Shown piece by piece: positions 29,380 through 49,903 of a stretch of 64,000 bases of DNA. Source of the stretch: Chrysomallon squamiferum (Eukaryota; Animalia; Mollusca); contig CM022679.1 of NCBI GenBank assembly GCA_012295275.1, positions 6,510,001 to 6,574,000 on the forward strand, read 5' to 3'. The notes under the pieces are model-generated. The model saw nothing but the letters and a program-made list of their open reading frames with translations. It was not told the origin of the DNA and ran no database searches. The position numbers and the translations under genes were made by a program. The first letter of the stretch is position 1. The number at the start of each line of letters is the position of its first letter.

Positions 29380-31849
29380 CACCCAAACCTCCATTTTTAT
29401 ACCTATTAAATGCTACCTCTGACCTGTAATTGCACCACTGACAAAAATAATTATCAATAAATGTGTATGTCTTTCACTGACAGAGTGAAAGGTCAGCAAA
29501 CAAACAGAGTGATGAGTAAGTGCAAAACATTATGTGAATATACAAACATATATAATTAGATACAGTGAATCAGTGCTGTGCTTGTTACATGTTATTTGTT
29601 GTCTTCAAGAAAATGAATGAAACAGGAAAAAAAAGAAAAACTCATTTATAATGGGACATTGCAGATAAATGTAAGCAAAAAACCATAAAAGAAAATTAAT
29701 GCTATGGAAAGATTGTTACCTATTTCAAAAACCTTATGACAGGAATGAACCTTTCATTATTATTTTAAAAGGGGGCTTAAAAAAAAAAAAAAAAGTGAAT
29801 AAAAAAACGAAAAATCTATTCACATTGTGATTGCTGTTAAAGTCTGGGAGCAAGCAAGAGCTTTCCATCTAGGTAATGTGGAGACACATTCCATTGTGAT
29901 GTTACATGAGATATAACAATCTGTGGCTTTTATCTTCGCTGTGAAGTAAAAACCTCATCTTTTGTTAAGGCAGTCACGCTGAGAGGTTTATTGAGACATA
30001 ACCTAAATACTGTCCATGTATCAGTCTTATAAAATCTACACTTCATGCTTAAAAGAGTAACTGTATTCAAAAAATAAAAAAAAAAATATTTTATATCTAT
30101 GTTTATAAAGTTGACTTTAAATTAGATTTATTATCTACACATGCATTCATATACAGACGTATATACATGAATGGACTCATACAGATATGTTTTATATGTT
30201 TTGTATATAACATCAAAGTGATTATATACTATCACCATTGGTATTCATAATTAATAACTATATCAGGATACTTGTACCAATATAAATTAATAAAGAAGAA
30301 TTTTTTTAACAAAAAAATTAATTAAGCAAATTAGAATTATCTTTTGCTCTTTCATTAAAAAATTAAAAATTAAAAATAAATTATCAAATAAAATATGGAA
30401 TAATTTTACAGTGGTGTGAATTTTGTGACAAATTATTTAAAAATATATAAATTCATAGTTTTTAATTAATAAAATAGTCAAATATTTATTAATGTGACAA
30501 ATGAAACATTAAATGTTTACACCTTTCAAATACATTTAATTTAAATATAAAACATAAATCTTTAAACTTCTTGCTAAAACAAAATGTCTTTCATTTCCTA
30601 TCATCTCAGTATCTGTAAGAAAAATGTTGACTTATGTTAAATGATGAAGGAAACAGATTCAGAGGTTGATTCAATACTGTCTGTTGTTCAGTCAACAGTA
30701 CAAGAAAATATTGGACAGATCAACAAAGATGGAAAGCAAGTTGCCTTACTTTTTTCATTTACCTAATAACAAACAGCAACTTTAAAAATGTCATCACATA
30801 ACATCATATAAGATAATGGTGCAGTAGAAAATAAATATAATACTTTGTTTAGATAATTATCATACTGAATATTTGTTCCATACAAAACCCATTAAAATAT
30901 ACATAAAAACTAATCTGGTGTGTACATACAACTTCTGCCTTTCAGCATTCATACAATAGCATATATTAAAAATATGCATTTAAAATAACAACTTAAAATT
31001 AAATAGTTTATGTATACAGGTAAATAGTTACAACAGGTCTATTCTGTCATGTTACCTCTCATGTTACCTGCGAAAAGCCAGTGATCAATAAATTATTGGT
31101 AACATATATCACATACATCTGTCCCCATGTAAAAATTTGTTAAGATTTTAGACTGAGCTGTTATAAAGGTCTACTGTTCATGCATTTGGAAAAGCTTATG
31201 TAATTTTATCTCTTTAGAACTGTAGCACTTTCTGTTCACACATGAAAAAATCTTAACAAACTGATCTGCACTGTATGTAACAATGGTGGTTCCTATGTGT
31301 TTTTTAACTGAACTGTTTTACTGTTATAATTCTTTCTTAATTAAAACTGAACAGCAAAAATCAAATAAAATGTAGCTTGGATGTATGCAAAATACATTCA
31401 CATTATTTCTTCATATTACAAAAGGTAATCTTTAAATTACTAAGTATTGTTTCTTTACAAAGTGAATGGTATGTTTTATGGTCACTGGGAGGAAGCCTGT
31501 AAGAGAGTGAGTCAGACTATGAAAGAGACAAACAGAGAAAGAGACAGACAGAGAGAGACAGAAAGACAGAGAGAGTGCTGGGTGTGTTTAATCAGATGGC
31601 ATTCAACTGTGACAACTAATTTCAGTAAAACCTGGATCTAAAGGTCTACTCATGACTATATATTTCTCCTACATGTTAATACAAATGAAACTGGAACCAC
31701 CCACAATTGTGCAATGCAACTAGGCCCTTATGGTTCACATTAAAGGGACTGCCCATATAGCTTAAGCCATGGTCAAATTACCTATCCTCAGGCTGCCCTG
31801 GTCAAGGGGTGCTTAATTCGAAGGTGACAGGGTGCTTCTGGCTGTAAAC

Positions 31850-32630
31850 ACTGCATGTGCTTCGTTGCACGGTATCATGAATGCGAACAATCAGTGAAAC
31901 GTCCGCCAGAAATCACCTTTCTGTGACTTAAATCCGTTTATCAAATCGAGCATAAACAAAAGGTGAATAATCCAGGAATGTAATGTCATAAAATATGTCC
32001 CGAACTGGCGGACAGGTGACAGAAAGCATTACAAACTACTACCTTTTTTTTTCGTTTTTACACTCTACACTTTATAGAAATTTACTGACAAAATTAATAC
32101 TGGCTTGTTCTCAAAAAGCTTAATATTTGTTTTTTCCTCCTGATTACTTAAAATATCAACAAAACTATGAAAACAACAAAACATCGGAATTAACAAACGG
32201 TTTTGTGTATCGCCGTCTCAGAAGGCAATCGAACATGCCGGGTGTCGACACAGTAGACCTTCCTTATACAGTAGCAACGGCGATAAAACAGCATTAAACA
32301 CTTACCAGAACAGGTGTTTAATCGATCCGTTATTTTTCTATTCCTTCTTATGCATTTTGTCCCTTAGCTAATCCGAAACTGAGTGATCAAATGGGAGAAG
32401 TTTATGAAATTGTTAAACTTCTGGAAAGGGAGTGGTAGGGCGTAGCACTAGCTTCTGTTTTCGTCTTCTATTTTCACCTTTTACTGTCCCGTTTGATCAC
32501 GAACCTTATGAATATTCATCAAACATAACGCAATATCTGATTGGCTTGACGGTGGGAATTTTTAGACATGTCAGTCGTTTATAATCGCCTACTAGTTCCG
32601 ACAGAGGAACGTGTTTTATCGTAGTGTCAA
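31850..32630 (-). promoter_or_regulatory. CpG-rich promoter region of the myosin gene with CCAAT box
   Basis: Abrupt rise in CpG density from about 31850. AGCCAATCAG on the minus strand (plus ctgattggct, 32537-32546). Perfect 12-bp palindrome ATGAATATTCAT at 32508-32519. Confidence 0.55.
32306..32480 (-). other. Probable non-coding first exon of the myosin gene
   Basis: Canonical minus-strand donor CTG|GTAAGT (plus strand acttaccag at 32300-32308) inside the only CpG-rich island bordering the CpG-depleted myosin body. The upstream boundary is approximate. Confidence 0.5.
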
Positions 32631-32839
32631 ATGAATGTAGGTATTTATTGTTGAACTATGAAACAATAGTAAAAAATGAATTTTAAAATAAATAAACAAA
32701 CAAAGAAATATTATTATTGTTAAAAAAATTTAAAAAATAAAAACTTTTTTCAAAATGTAAAGTTTTATATTCATAATGTCGGCTGCAAAAATACGTTTCC
32801 GAATAATGGGAGATAACCATTTTTGTTTAATCCCTTCTT

Positions 32840-32893
<54 letters not shown>

Positions 32894-33726
32894 TTGTGTT
32901 AATATAAATACATACATACATACATACATAAATGCATACCTATATAGATACATATTTATACACACACACACATTCATAAACACATACATACGAGTTATTT
33001 TATGTATTTATTAAGCTATGTGTTTGATTTCTTTATATACCTTATATAAATTAGTATAACTTAATCTAGTATAATAGCTACATGTTTATTACTTTTTATA
33101 CGAGTACGTGTGATTGTTTACTGTATTTATATTCTTACAAGTCTATACGTGGACATTGTAAGACTTTCATCATCATCATCATTATTACATATATAGCAGC
33201 ACTAGGATTATGAAAGAAAAATATTCATTTTTAAGTTTTGCTGGCTTTGAAAAGGGCCGTTTTAAATTTCACATCCCAAAACATAAAAAAAAAAAAAAAT
33301 TGAGGGTAGTGTATATTCAATTATTTTATAAAAACAGTCCTCAGATTGAGGTGCTTCTTTTTATGTATGTCATTTTTAAAAATATTTCTTTAACTATTAT
33401 AATATCAAAATTGACTGATACTCTTTAAAGAAAGATAAAGTAATAAAGCAATTATTTATTTATATTTAATATATAAGTAAAGAAAAAAATCCAAAATAAG
33501 AATGAACAAAAAACATTTACCTTTGTTTAAAAATCATCCAATCTGGAAAACGATTTGCATCACATGTTAAGTGCTTTTATTCTATTTATTTTATTTATTT
33601 TTATTTTATTTATTGGTGATCTGGAGAGTTTGGCGGGTGCTAGGGATAAAGGGATGCTGATCTTGAAAAACTTCTTAGCGCGTATAAAAAAAAAAAAAAA
33701 AAGAATTATAGATAAGTGTTTACTAA

Positions 33727-33798
<72 letters not shown>

Positions 33799-34499
33799 CT
33801 GGATAAAAAATAATATCATTAAATTAAAATCGTTACGTTTTCTAATGCAGAACGAAATACATTAACTAGGATTAATGTTTAGGGAAAAACAAATTTGTTT
33901 ATTATATCATTTAACTCAATTCGGAAAAAAAATCTATAAAAAACGAAAATTAATTCGCTAAACGTACAACTTTCAGGAAGATAATTCGTACGGAAAATAA
34001 TTCGTCCTGTTTAGAGTCGTCTCCCTTAGACCATGACATCGTTTTATATATATATATTTATTTATTTATTTATTTTTATTTTTTATTTTTCTTAACTTTA
34101 AGTTTTTGTTGTTGTTGCTATTGTTTCTGCTAGTGGAAATATAATATAATCATTAAAAAAGATACAAACAAACCAAGAAAAAATAAAACAAAACAACCGC
34201 CTCCCCCACAAAACCCCAATAAAAACCTAAGAACAAGCAAGAGATATGTGGTTCATATGTAAGTGAAATTTATTTTATTCTGGGAAACCTTGCTGGAGGT
34301 TGTGGTTGAATGCTTAATTTGAAAAAATAACTTCTTAGCATTAAAAAGATCACAAAAAATAAACAAAAAACAACAACAACAAAAAAAAAACACCTCCAAA
34401 CCCCCCCCCAAAATCAAACAAACATACAACAAAAAAACAAACAATAAAAATAAAAACAAAACAAGATATGAAACACTTTTGATAATTTACTTAAATTTC

Positions 34500-34572
34500 G
34501 TAAAACTGAGCAGTGACCGAACGCAGTAAAAAGTTCGGTTTCTAAGGGTGTTCGGTTTACTGAGGATTTATA
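34500..34572. mobile_element. Short imperfect palindrome, possible relic of a Tc1/pogo-type MITE
   Basis: cagtgaccgaacgc ... gtgttcggtttactg form an imperfect inverted repeat, with an internal gttcggttt repeat. No clear TSD. Confidence 0.3.
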
Positions 34573-34842
34573 TTTATAAAAAAAACTCTCTCTCTCTAGG
34601 TATTTCTATATATATATATATATTCCTTCTAAGAATCACGGTATAAAAACTTAGCTAGCAACTACCCGCCCTAAGAACTATGACAAATACATCTGAAAAG
34701 ATTATTCAGTGTAAACATTACAGCTTTTATCTACTCACAATGACATATCACACTGAGAGAATAGGAAGTCCGTTTTCTAGGCCAGTGCTGTATCCGGATT
34801 TTAGATCCTTTCAACAGAAAGTATGAAATAAAATATATATAT

Positions 34843-34873
<31 letters not shown>

Positions 34874-35149
34874 TTTGTGTGTATATCTATGCATGTATGT
34901 TTGTTCGTGTATGTATATGTGCATGTATGTATGTATCTGTATATCGGTATATATATTGTTTTGTGTATGTGTGTGTGTGTTGTGGGTTAATTATGTATGT
35001 ATACATATGTATAAGTATGTGTATAAGTATGATCTGTCAACCTGTCTGTCTGTTTATCTACCTATATATCTACCAATCTACAAACAAAAGATATTTAACT
35101 GTCTACTATATAGTATTATTTATATAACAAAACTTTCCATGTGAATCAC

Positions 35150-35430
35150 GAACTAGGAAGTATGAACACGGATGTCACGTGACCTACAGATATATCCTAA
35201 AAAGAACGCAAACGCAATCATTTGAACTATCTTTCGTTACAGATACACTGGAAATTTGTTCATTACAAAAATTAAGTGACAAACATTTAAGTGCTTCTGA
35301 GAGAGAAAAGGTGTTATTTAAAGCTATATAATTACATCTGTTCTCTATTTAAATTACAGCTCCATTCACACTATAGACTGTTTCGTTTTTCTCCCTGGAA
35401 AATTTAACTAGGAAGTAAATTGTGAGTATT
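35150..35430 (+). promoter_or_regulatory. Candidate DUOXA promoter / non-coding first exon
   Basis: Perfect GTCACGTGAC palindrome (35174-35183), ETS-type AGGAAGT cores (about 35155 and 35410) and a plus-strand donor GTGAGT at 35422, upstream of the acceptor near 36166 that precedes the ATG. Confidence 0.4.
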
Positions 35431-35798
35431 ACAAACTATTTTTTCTTGTTAATAACGATAAATACTTTATAATGTTTCTTTCTTTATTTATTTTTATATA
35501 GGAATTAAATCATAATTTGATATTGTTATTATTACTGTTGTTGTTTCATGTTGGTATGACAAGCTATGAATATCAATATAAACATTACCCCATTTCAAAA
35601 ATTTCAAGTTAAAATAATAGTCCAGATTTAGTTATTTACTGATTTATATTATTTTAAATAGTTCTATACAATTTGTATATCTCGTATCGTGATATTTTAC
35701 GTCAGTAAGTTGATGTAATATAAAAATATCACTTTGCTAAAACGCGAGACCTTTATTTGAAATCAGCAGCTGATTATCTAGTTTGAATAACCGATAAC

Positions 35799-35843
<45 letters not shown>

Positions 35844-36007
35844 TGTATGTTATTTGTGTTATCGGAGATGACCTAAGCTCAGTGACAGAATGCTGATACG
35901 AGGCGTGATTTGAATGATGCATCTTTTCAGTATTATTCTCTTTTAGACTGCGCTCTAATGAAAAGAGAATATCCTCTTCTTGGCCAAAGTAGACTTCATC
36001 ATATCCT

Positions 36008-36042
<35 letters not shown>

Positions 36043-36181
36043 TTTTGGTTCATAACCACATGCGAAGCACAATATAATAACAGATTAAAAAATGAAAGTA
36101 TAACGTTAATTAAACAAAAATGATTTCCAGAAAACTTTAACAATATTATTTCGTTTTGTTTTTCAGTTACCAACGTTAACA

Positions 36182-43253
<7,072 letters not shown>

Positions 43254-43415
43254 AGGCAGGTTACTGAAGGCGTCTGTAAAATTATTACCATAGCCAATCA
43301 AATTCCATGTTATAAAATATCTACAGCTTGTGACATGCTCTTCATTGACATATGCATACGTAAACCATTTCTAATATATGAATAAAAGAAATTTTCATTC
43401 AGATGGAAAATATTT

Positions 43416-43477
<62 letters not shown>

Positions 43478-44375
43478 CCTGTGTACAAATGTATATTTTA
43501 TTCTTACTATCAGTTGTCACTGTTCGAGGCTCTTTTGATGCATCTGTCGCTTTTCTAAGGGTCTTCTGTCAGAGAAAGTTAGAAAAAATAATAAATAAAT
43601 AAATAATATAAAATTAAATAAATAAATAAAAATAAAGAGAAGCTTATTTTTCTACGACTATTTCATTTCTAGATTTGTTCAAGAAATTTAAGATGTAAAA
43701 ACTATGAAGAATGATAGTATACTTTATTATTATAATCAAATTTTTAGCTGAAGAAAATGCAATTTCTTCTGACAGCTTACAAAATTAGCAAAGTTCCATC
43801 AAAATACATCAACATTACAATTATGCGGAAGAGAAAACAATCGTTTGGAAGTTTACCTAATTCATTTTTAGGTCAATAATAAAAGATCTGTGTACATACA
43901 AAACAAATATTAATGTATACTTGATATTGTAGAAAAGTATATAAATTTTCAAATGTATAATGTGAACAACGATAAATACCAAAGATGTATTTATACTTTA
44001 GTGATAGATTTTTTTCACATGTAAAATATCAACATAAATACATACAGAAAAATATTTTTAAAAAGTACTGATTTGTGAAAAAATAATTCACAAGTCATAT
44101 AGAGGTGAATTAATTATTTTAACAAAATCACTCTTTCAAATGCATTATTCTTCCTTTGTAGCAAAATATTATTTTCTGATTTCCACACCAATAAAAAATT
44201 TCTTTCTCCAATAACCTGTTTATTTATTGGATCAGCATTTTATATATACTGGATCAAACCCTGGGGCATATATATTTATATAAATGTACACTGGATCAGC
44301 CAGCTATTCACTAATATTTATCTTACATATAAACTGGACCAAATCCTCATATATTTACATAAATTGATAGTTTCG

Positions 44376-44534
44376 TTACATGTAAGTACTTTCATCAGAA
44401 TGAACAACTTGAGATTTTGGTGTTACGACATCAGGAACATTAATTGCTTGCGGATCTGGTACAATGACTGTGTTCACATAGATATTGCCTTTATTTCTTC
44501 TTGAAATTAATCTAAAAAAAAAAAAAAAAAAAAA

Positions 44535-44574
<40 letters not shown>

Positions 44575-44881
44575 TTTTCATAATAATTTTATAGTACCAG
44601 ATTTCACTAAGACTAAACAGTGAAATGTAAAACTGTATGTCTGTCTCTCTCAACTGTCTCTATACAAATATAATTAAAGACTGACCGATATCAGTTAACA
44701 TTTATACATTTCTATCAAATAATAAAGATAATAAACATTTTACTCACAAATGACGCTTGATAGTAATCACAACGAATGCAGCGATGACACCAATGATGAT
44801 GAAAATTCCTACAACACCTCCGATAATAGCATCTTTATTATCGACACCATCTAATTTTAACAGTTGATAATTAATAGACTT

Positions 44882-44979
<98 letters not shown>

Positions 44980-45292
44980 TTTCTCTGTGTTTGTTCGTGC
45001 AGTGTTTCTGTTTTAAGATGTAAAAGAGAACACAAATGAATACTGCTACTGCTAAAGCTGTCACCGTCCTAACTTCTGCCATTATTCCTATTGTTACTGC
45101 AACCAATAATACAATACATACTCCTTCAACATGAAAATAAGAACTATTACTACAGCTATATTTCTGTTACTAGATCTGTACTTACTGTTGCTTTTATTAA
45201 CTATTCTTCCACTATTGTCACTACCATTGTTATTCATACTATGGTGCTACTACTACTGCCATAATATTATTCATACTATTACTACAACAGTC

Positions 45293-45333
<41 letters not shown>

Positions 45334-46077
45334 TCTACATACCAGTCGTATCTTCTACAACAGTTGTTTGAAGATCAGTCCATGCTGTTGTTTTTATTTC
45401 ATCTTTCAAATGAGGAATCTGTCGATCTTCATCTTCTGAACATTTCAAACACGTTTCTGACAGAGTGGTAGACACGAAAGGATTCGATGTACAGTTCCTG
45501 CAAGGTGTCACATTTTCCTTTTCTAAATCAGGAATTCTTCCATCATTTCTCTCAGATTCAGAATTTTCTGGAATATATGTAAATACTAATGCTAATTTTG
45601 TTATGCCTTTTGCAACCGATTAGATTTAGAACTCTATTCAAGAAAATAGACAAAGACACTACGAAAATTAAAATCTTTCATTTCTTAAGAAATTATCACT
45701 TTAGAAAATAATTTTATTCCTAATTTTGGCTATAGTTTGTGTTTCAAAAAGAAATTTTAATGTTATTAAAATATTTGCACTCACAAATGATCCCACCTGA
45801 ATTACATATGTTTGTGCATGTGTGGTCTCGCGTGTTTCTGCGAGTGCAAGTGCGTGCATGCATGCTGCTGCAATAAATCACCTCTAGGAGCTTCCAGGAA
45901 TCTTTTCAAACTATTCAGTAAGGGATATCTGCCATGTCCACAGAATTTTCCACTGAAGTCGTCGTACGACATCTCCCAGGCCATGAACCCCAGCAAATTA
46001 TTATCTTTTAAGTAATTTACCTAAAATATTAAATTCTTAAATGACATTACTATTTAAAATAAAAACTGCCACATATC

Positions 46078-46127
<50 letters not shown>

Positions 46128-47268
46128 TGTAAAGCATAAAATTAATGCGTGTATAAAATAATGCACAACTCTGTCACAATAATGCACAACTCTGAGCGTG
46201 GTAAATTAAAGCGTCAAATACCTGTACACAATTTTCGTATTAGTTTCTCTTGTACATTAATATCATGTTTCGACCTGATGAAGATAAAACTGATATCTTA
46301 CGACAGTAATCTGTTATTTGTTTTATCCTAATAATACAAAGCAATAAATGAAATTAACTTTTGTTTCGCAACTCCCCGACTTGAGAGTTGTAGATTCATG
46401 TGTATTAATACATTATTGTTTTGTGAAAACTGGGGTATATATCTGTATAATTTTAATACCTTGATCTCTAAACTTTTCTCGTCATCATAAGCAATCCACA
46501 GGTTATCACTGAATACATAGGGAACTTTATGTTCTTCATGCCAAGCTTTTTTCCACCCATGATTCTCAAACTGACAGATCTGGAAGACACGTTTTACACG
46601 ATTAAGATACTCCTAATATTTTATCTTTTCATAAAATATTTCGTAATTTTAAATTAGAAGAATAAACCCACAACTGTACGAACTACCAGAGAACAGATAT
46701 AACTGCGCTACCGTTTTGCTATTTCCATTCCAACTAATGCCTCAAAACTGGTTATCGCGGTTCGTTCGTTCTTTCATTCGTTTGTTCGCTTGTTTGCTCA
46801 TTCGTTCCTTCGTTTTTTCATTACTGTGTATTTGTTATTTTTTTCTTACCTTGTGATATGGGATAATCTCGTCTGTTCCATTATGAGGAGATCCAAAATT
46901 AGTTAAAGATGAGTTGAGCAGTTTCAAAGGTCTACTGTAGAACGGAATACCAAAAATAATTTTCTTTCGTGGTGTTCCCTTTGATATGTAATACTGAATT
47001 GCATAGTGCTAAATTAAAAAAAAAAAAAAAAAAAAAAAATTAAAAACTGTTACGATAATAATGTATAACAACATAGACGTTTATTAATCAAGAAATAAAT
47101 ATTTTTAAAAAATTCTGCCGTTTAATATTTCTTTACAAACCATATTAGATTCTGAGTAAGGCGAATTTTCTCCGGTTCGGCCAAACAGTGCGCTGTGATG
47201 AGAGATATGAGTATATCTGTCCCCAAAAAAGTCAAACGGCATAATTCCAAGAAAATCTAAATACCTGA

Positions 47269-47334
<66 letters not shown>

Positions 47335-49526
47335 CAATCAATCAATCAACCAGTGAGTAAAACAAACGACAAAAAACAAATCACCGTACCCAAATGGTAA
47401 CTGTTTGAGACAAACTGCTTGATAAAAACAGTACTAAAGAGAAAAAAAAAGAGTTAAAGAAAACTAAACAAAACAAAGAATGGATTAAAACAGAAAGTGA
47501 TTCAAAATATTTTGGAAAGCTGTTTTGCATATTAGATGATCTTTATACTTCAAGTATTTGAAAAATTTACATGAGTATCTACGCATATGGAATCCTTAGT
47601 GGGTATTTCTAAAAACACAATGCTCAAAGCACTTAATAAGATTGTTTTAATGCCTATTAATGCAACATCTGAGTATGTATGAAGACGACACAAAATGTTT
47701 TGAAAATTTACTTCGATATTTTGGAGATTTCGTACGCTTTGTCTATAACCTTTCGGGAAGATGCCACAGAAGCAGACAGAAGAAGTCGAGTATGCCCAGT
47801 CTGTTCTGCCTTGTGTTCAAACGTCTTCCGCAATGTCTGTTAATAGCAAGTTAGAGAGTAAGTATAAAAAAAATAAAAAATAAATAAATATAAATAACTA
47901 AAAAATAAATAAAAAATAAAATCTATTTCGGTGGTCATGATCATCATCATTATCATAAGCACTAGCAGCAAAACATCAGCAATAACATCATCAACGAAAA
48001 CGACAAAATAACAAAAAACTGAATATATTAATAATAACAAATACATGTATACATGTATACATATACAAAACAAACACACATACATACAAACACAAATATA
48101 TACATACACAAACATACCTACATATATACATACACAAACATACCTACATATATACATACAAATAGATATATATACAATACACCATACACACACACACATA
48201 CATAAATAACGTGTTCTTTCAGTGTATTTTTATAATAATAATTAATAGCGGATTCAGGATTTCAAAAAAGAAAATAGAAGAGAGTGTCATGGACATAAAT
48301 CTCAAGATTTATATATATATATAAATTTAAAAAGAAAAAAATAATGTCGGCAAAAAATAACAATAATAAGAGGAAGGAAAAGGAAAAACAAACAGTATTT
48401 TCAGACTAACTTTAACAAGTATAGTATAACCACGTTTATCTGACTGCTTTCCGCCTCTGTGAGCCGGATATTCCCAATCAAGATCAAGGCCGTCAAAACT
48501 GTGAGAGGTTAGAAAAGTGTGTACATTACTGGAAAATTCTAGAATTCTAGAATAGGAACTGATTATGTCAACAAAGCCTGCTGATGCATGATTCCAACCT
48601 CCGACATCGAGAATAATTTTTAAATGTGGATAATTTCTCTTTAGATCAGTTATATTTTTATATCCACCTGCAAATGATAAATAAACACAATATCTACAGT
48701 AGCATCATTAAAACAACATGGAAGTAATAGAAGAACAAAATGTATTAATCATTATGAGCAGCTAAAGAAAAGATAAAAGAAAATGAATGTATGTATGTAT
48801 ATATGTGTTGTGAATATATGTGTATAAAAATTATAGAGAGAGAGAATTCAATGAAATATATAAAATACCGTTTGGACCATCGTCATTCTGTCTGTACGTG
48901 CCTATCGTGTTGTTTTCAGGAATGATCCTGGCAAAGCTGTACATAATGTGAGTACACAGAGTGGGATCTGTGATACTGGCAACAGTAAATGTTTCGTTAC
49001 CTCCCCTGTCTTGTCCCCAGTTAGGGAAGAAGCAAATTCGAAAATATTCTTCCCCTGAACACGTTCTAACTAAAATAAATAAATAAATAAATATTTTTTA
49101 TTCTTTCTTTTAAAAAAAAAAAACAATTGGATAAAACTACACATTTTTAAAATGTAAGAAAGAAGGAAGGAATAAAAGAAGAAAATTGAATGATTATTTT
49201 CGCACTACATTCTTATATTTAAGATTTTTATAATGATGATGATAAGATAAATAATCTTCTATTGCTAATATATGTCGAATAGATAAATATGTATATATTC
49301 TGAGAGACAGACAGACGTAGAAACAGAGAAAGAATGAAAGTAAGACAGAGAGACTGACAGAGGCAGGCAGAGAGGGAAAGAGAGAATAATGGAATTAAAA
49401 AAGAAGATGTGAAAAGAAAAGTTAAATGTTTCTGTTAGCCATTGTTACATACTTTATGTACTGTAATTACTTACAGTGTATAAAGATGACCAGTGCTGTG
49501 GACGTGAACGTTAACAACATCAGCAT
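44376..49526 (-). CDS. GH18 chitinase-family protein with C-terminal transmembrane helix and cytoplasmic tail, complete, 11 coding exons, 546 aa
   Basis: Exons 49526-49475 (signal peptide MLMLLTFTSTALVIFIH), 49069-48869 (RICFFPNWGQDR..DPTLCTHIMYSFA), 48667-48411 (VGGWN, FDGLDLDWEYP), 47836-47712, 47264-47141, 47008-46850 (KIIFGIPFYSR), 46579-46460 (VPY..WIAYDDEKSL), 46020-45882 (GFMAWEMSYDDFSGKFCGHGRYPLL), 45567-45343 (stalk), 44850-44748 (TM AIIGGVVGIFIIIGVIAAFVVITI), 44511-44376 (tail). Total 1641 nt, all phases consistent. Confidence 0.94.
47269..47334. repeat. (AAT)n microsatellite (similar tracts near 32842, 35800, 44535, 45295, 59171)
   Basis: Directly visible trinucleotide runs. Confidence 0.97.
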
Positions 49527-49836
49527 GGTCTGATCAGCAACGCGGACGTTCGTGTCGAGACGCGGATATAAGGCGCAAATCTTTTCTTAATGCAGCGGTA
49601 ATCTGATGATTATTTTATTTATATTTTTATTTATTGTTTTTTTCACACTATATACAACATCAGACCTGCAAATACAGTGTTTAAAATAAATGTTATATTT
49701 TTGTATCACATATTCCAGATTGTGTTTAGATAACTGATGTCTTGTGTTGTTGATATTTTGTTATGGTGTTAAGGAATTAAACACATAAGTGCATTTTGAA
49801 CGATTTGAATAACGAATTCTTTGTACAGCAGCAAAC

Positions 49837-49903
<67 letters not shown>

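Noticed and set aside
45802-45882. Read-through of chitinase exon 8 giving a secreted His-rich C-terminus (GDLLQQHACTHLHSQKHARPHMHKHM)
   Set aside because: The extension is translated (TG/CA)-like low-complexity intron sequence; an intron-retained secreted isoform is possible but unsupported here.
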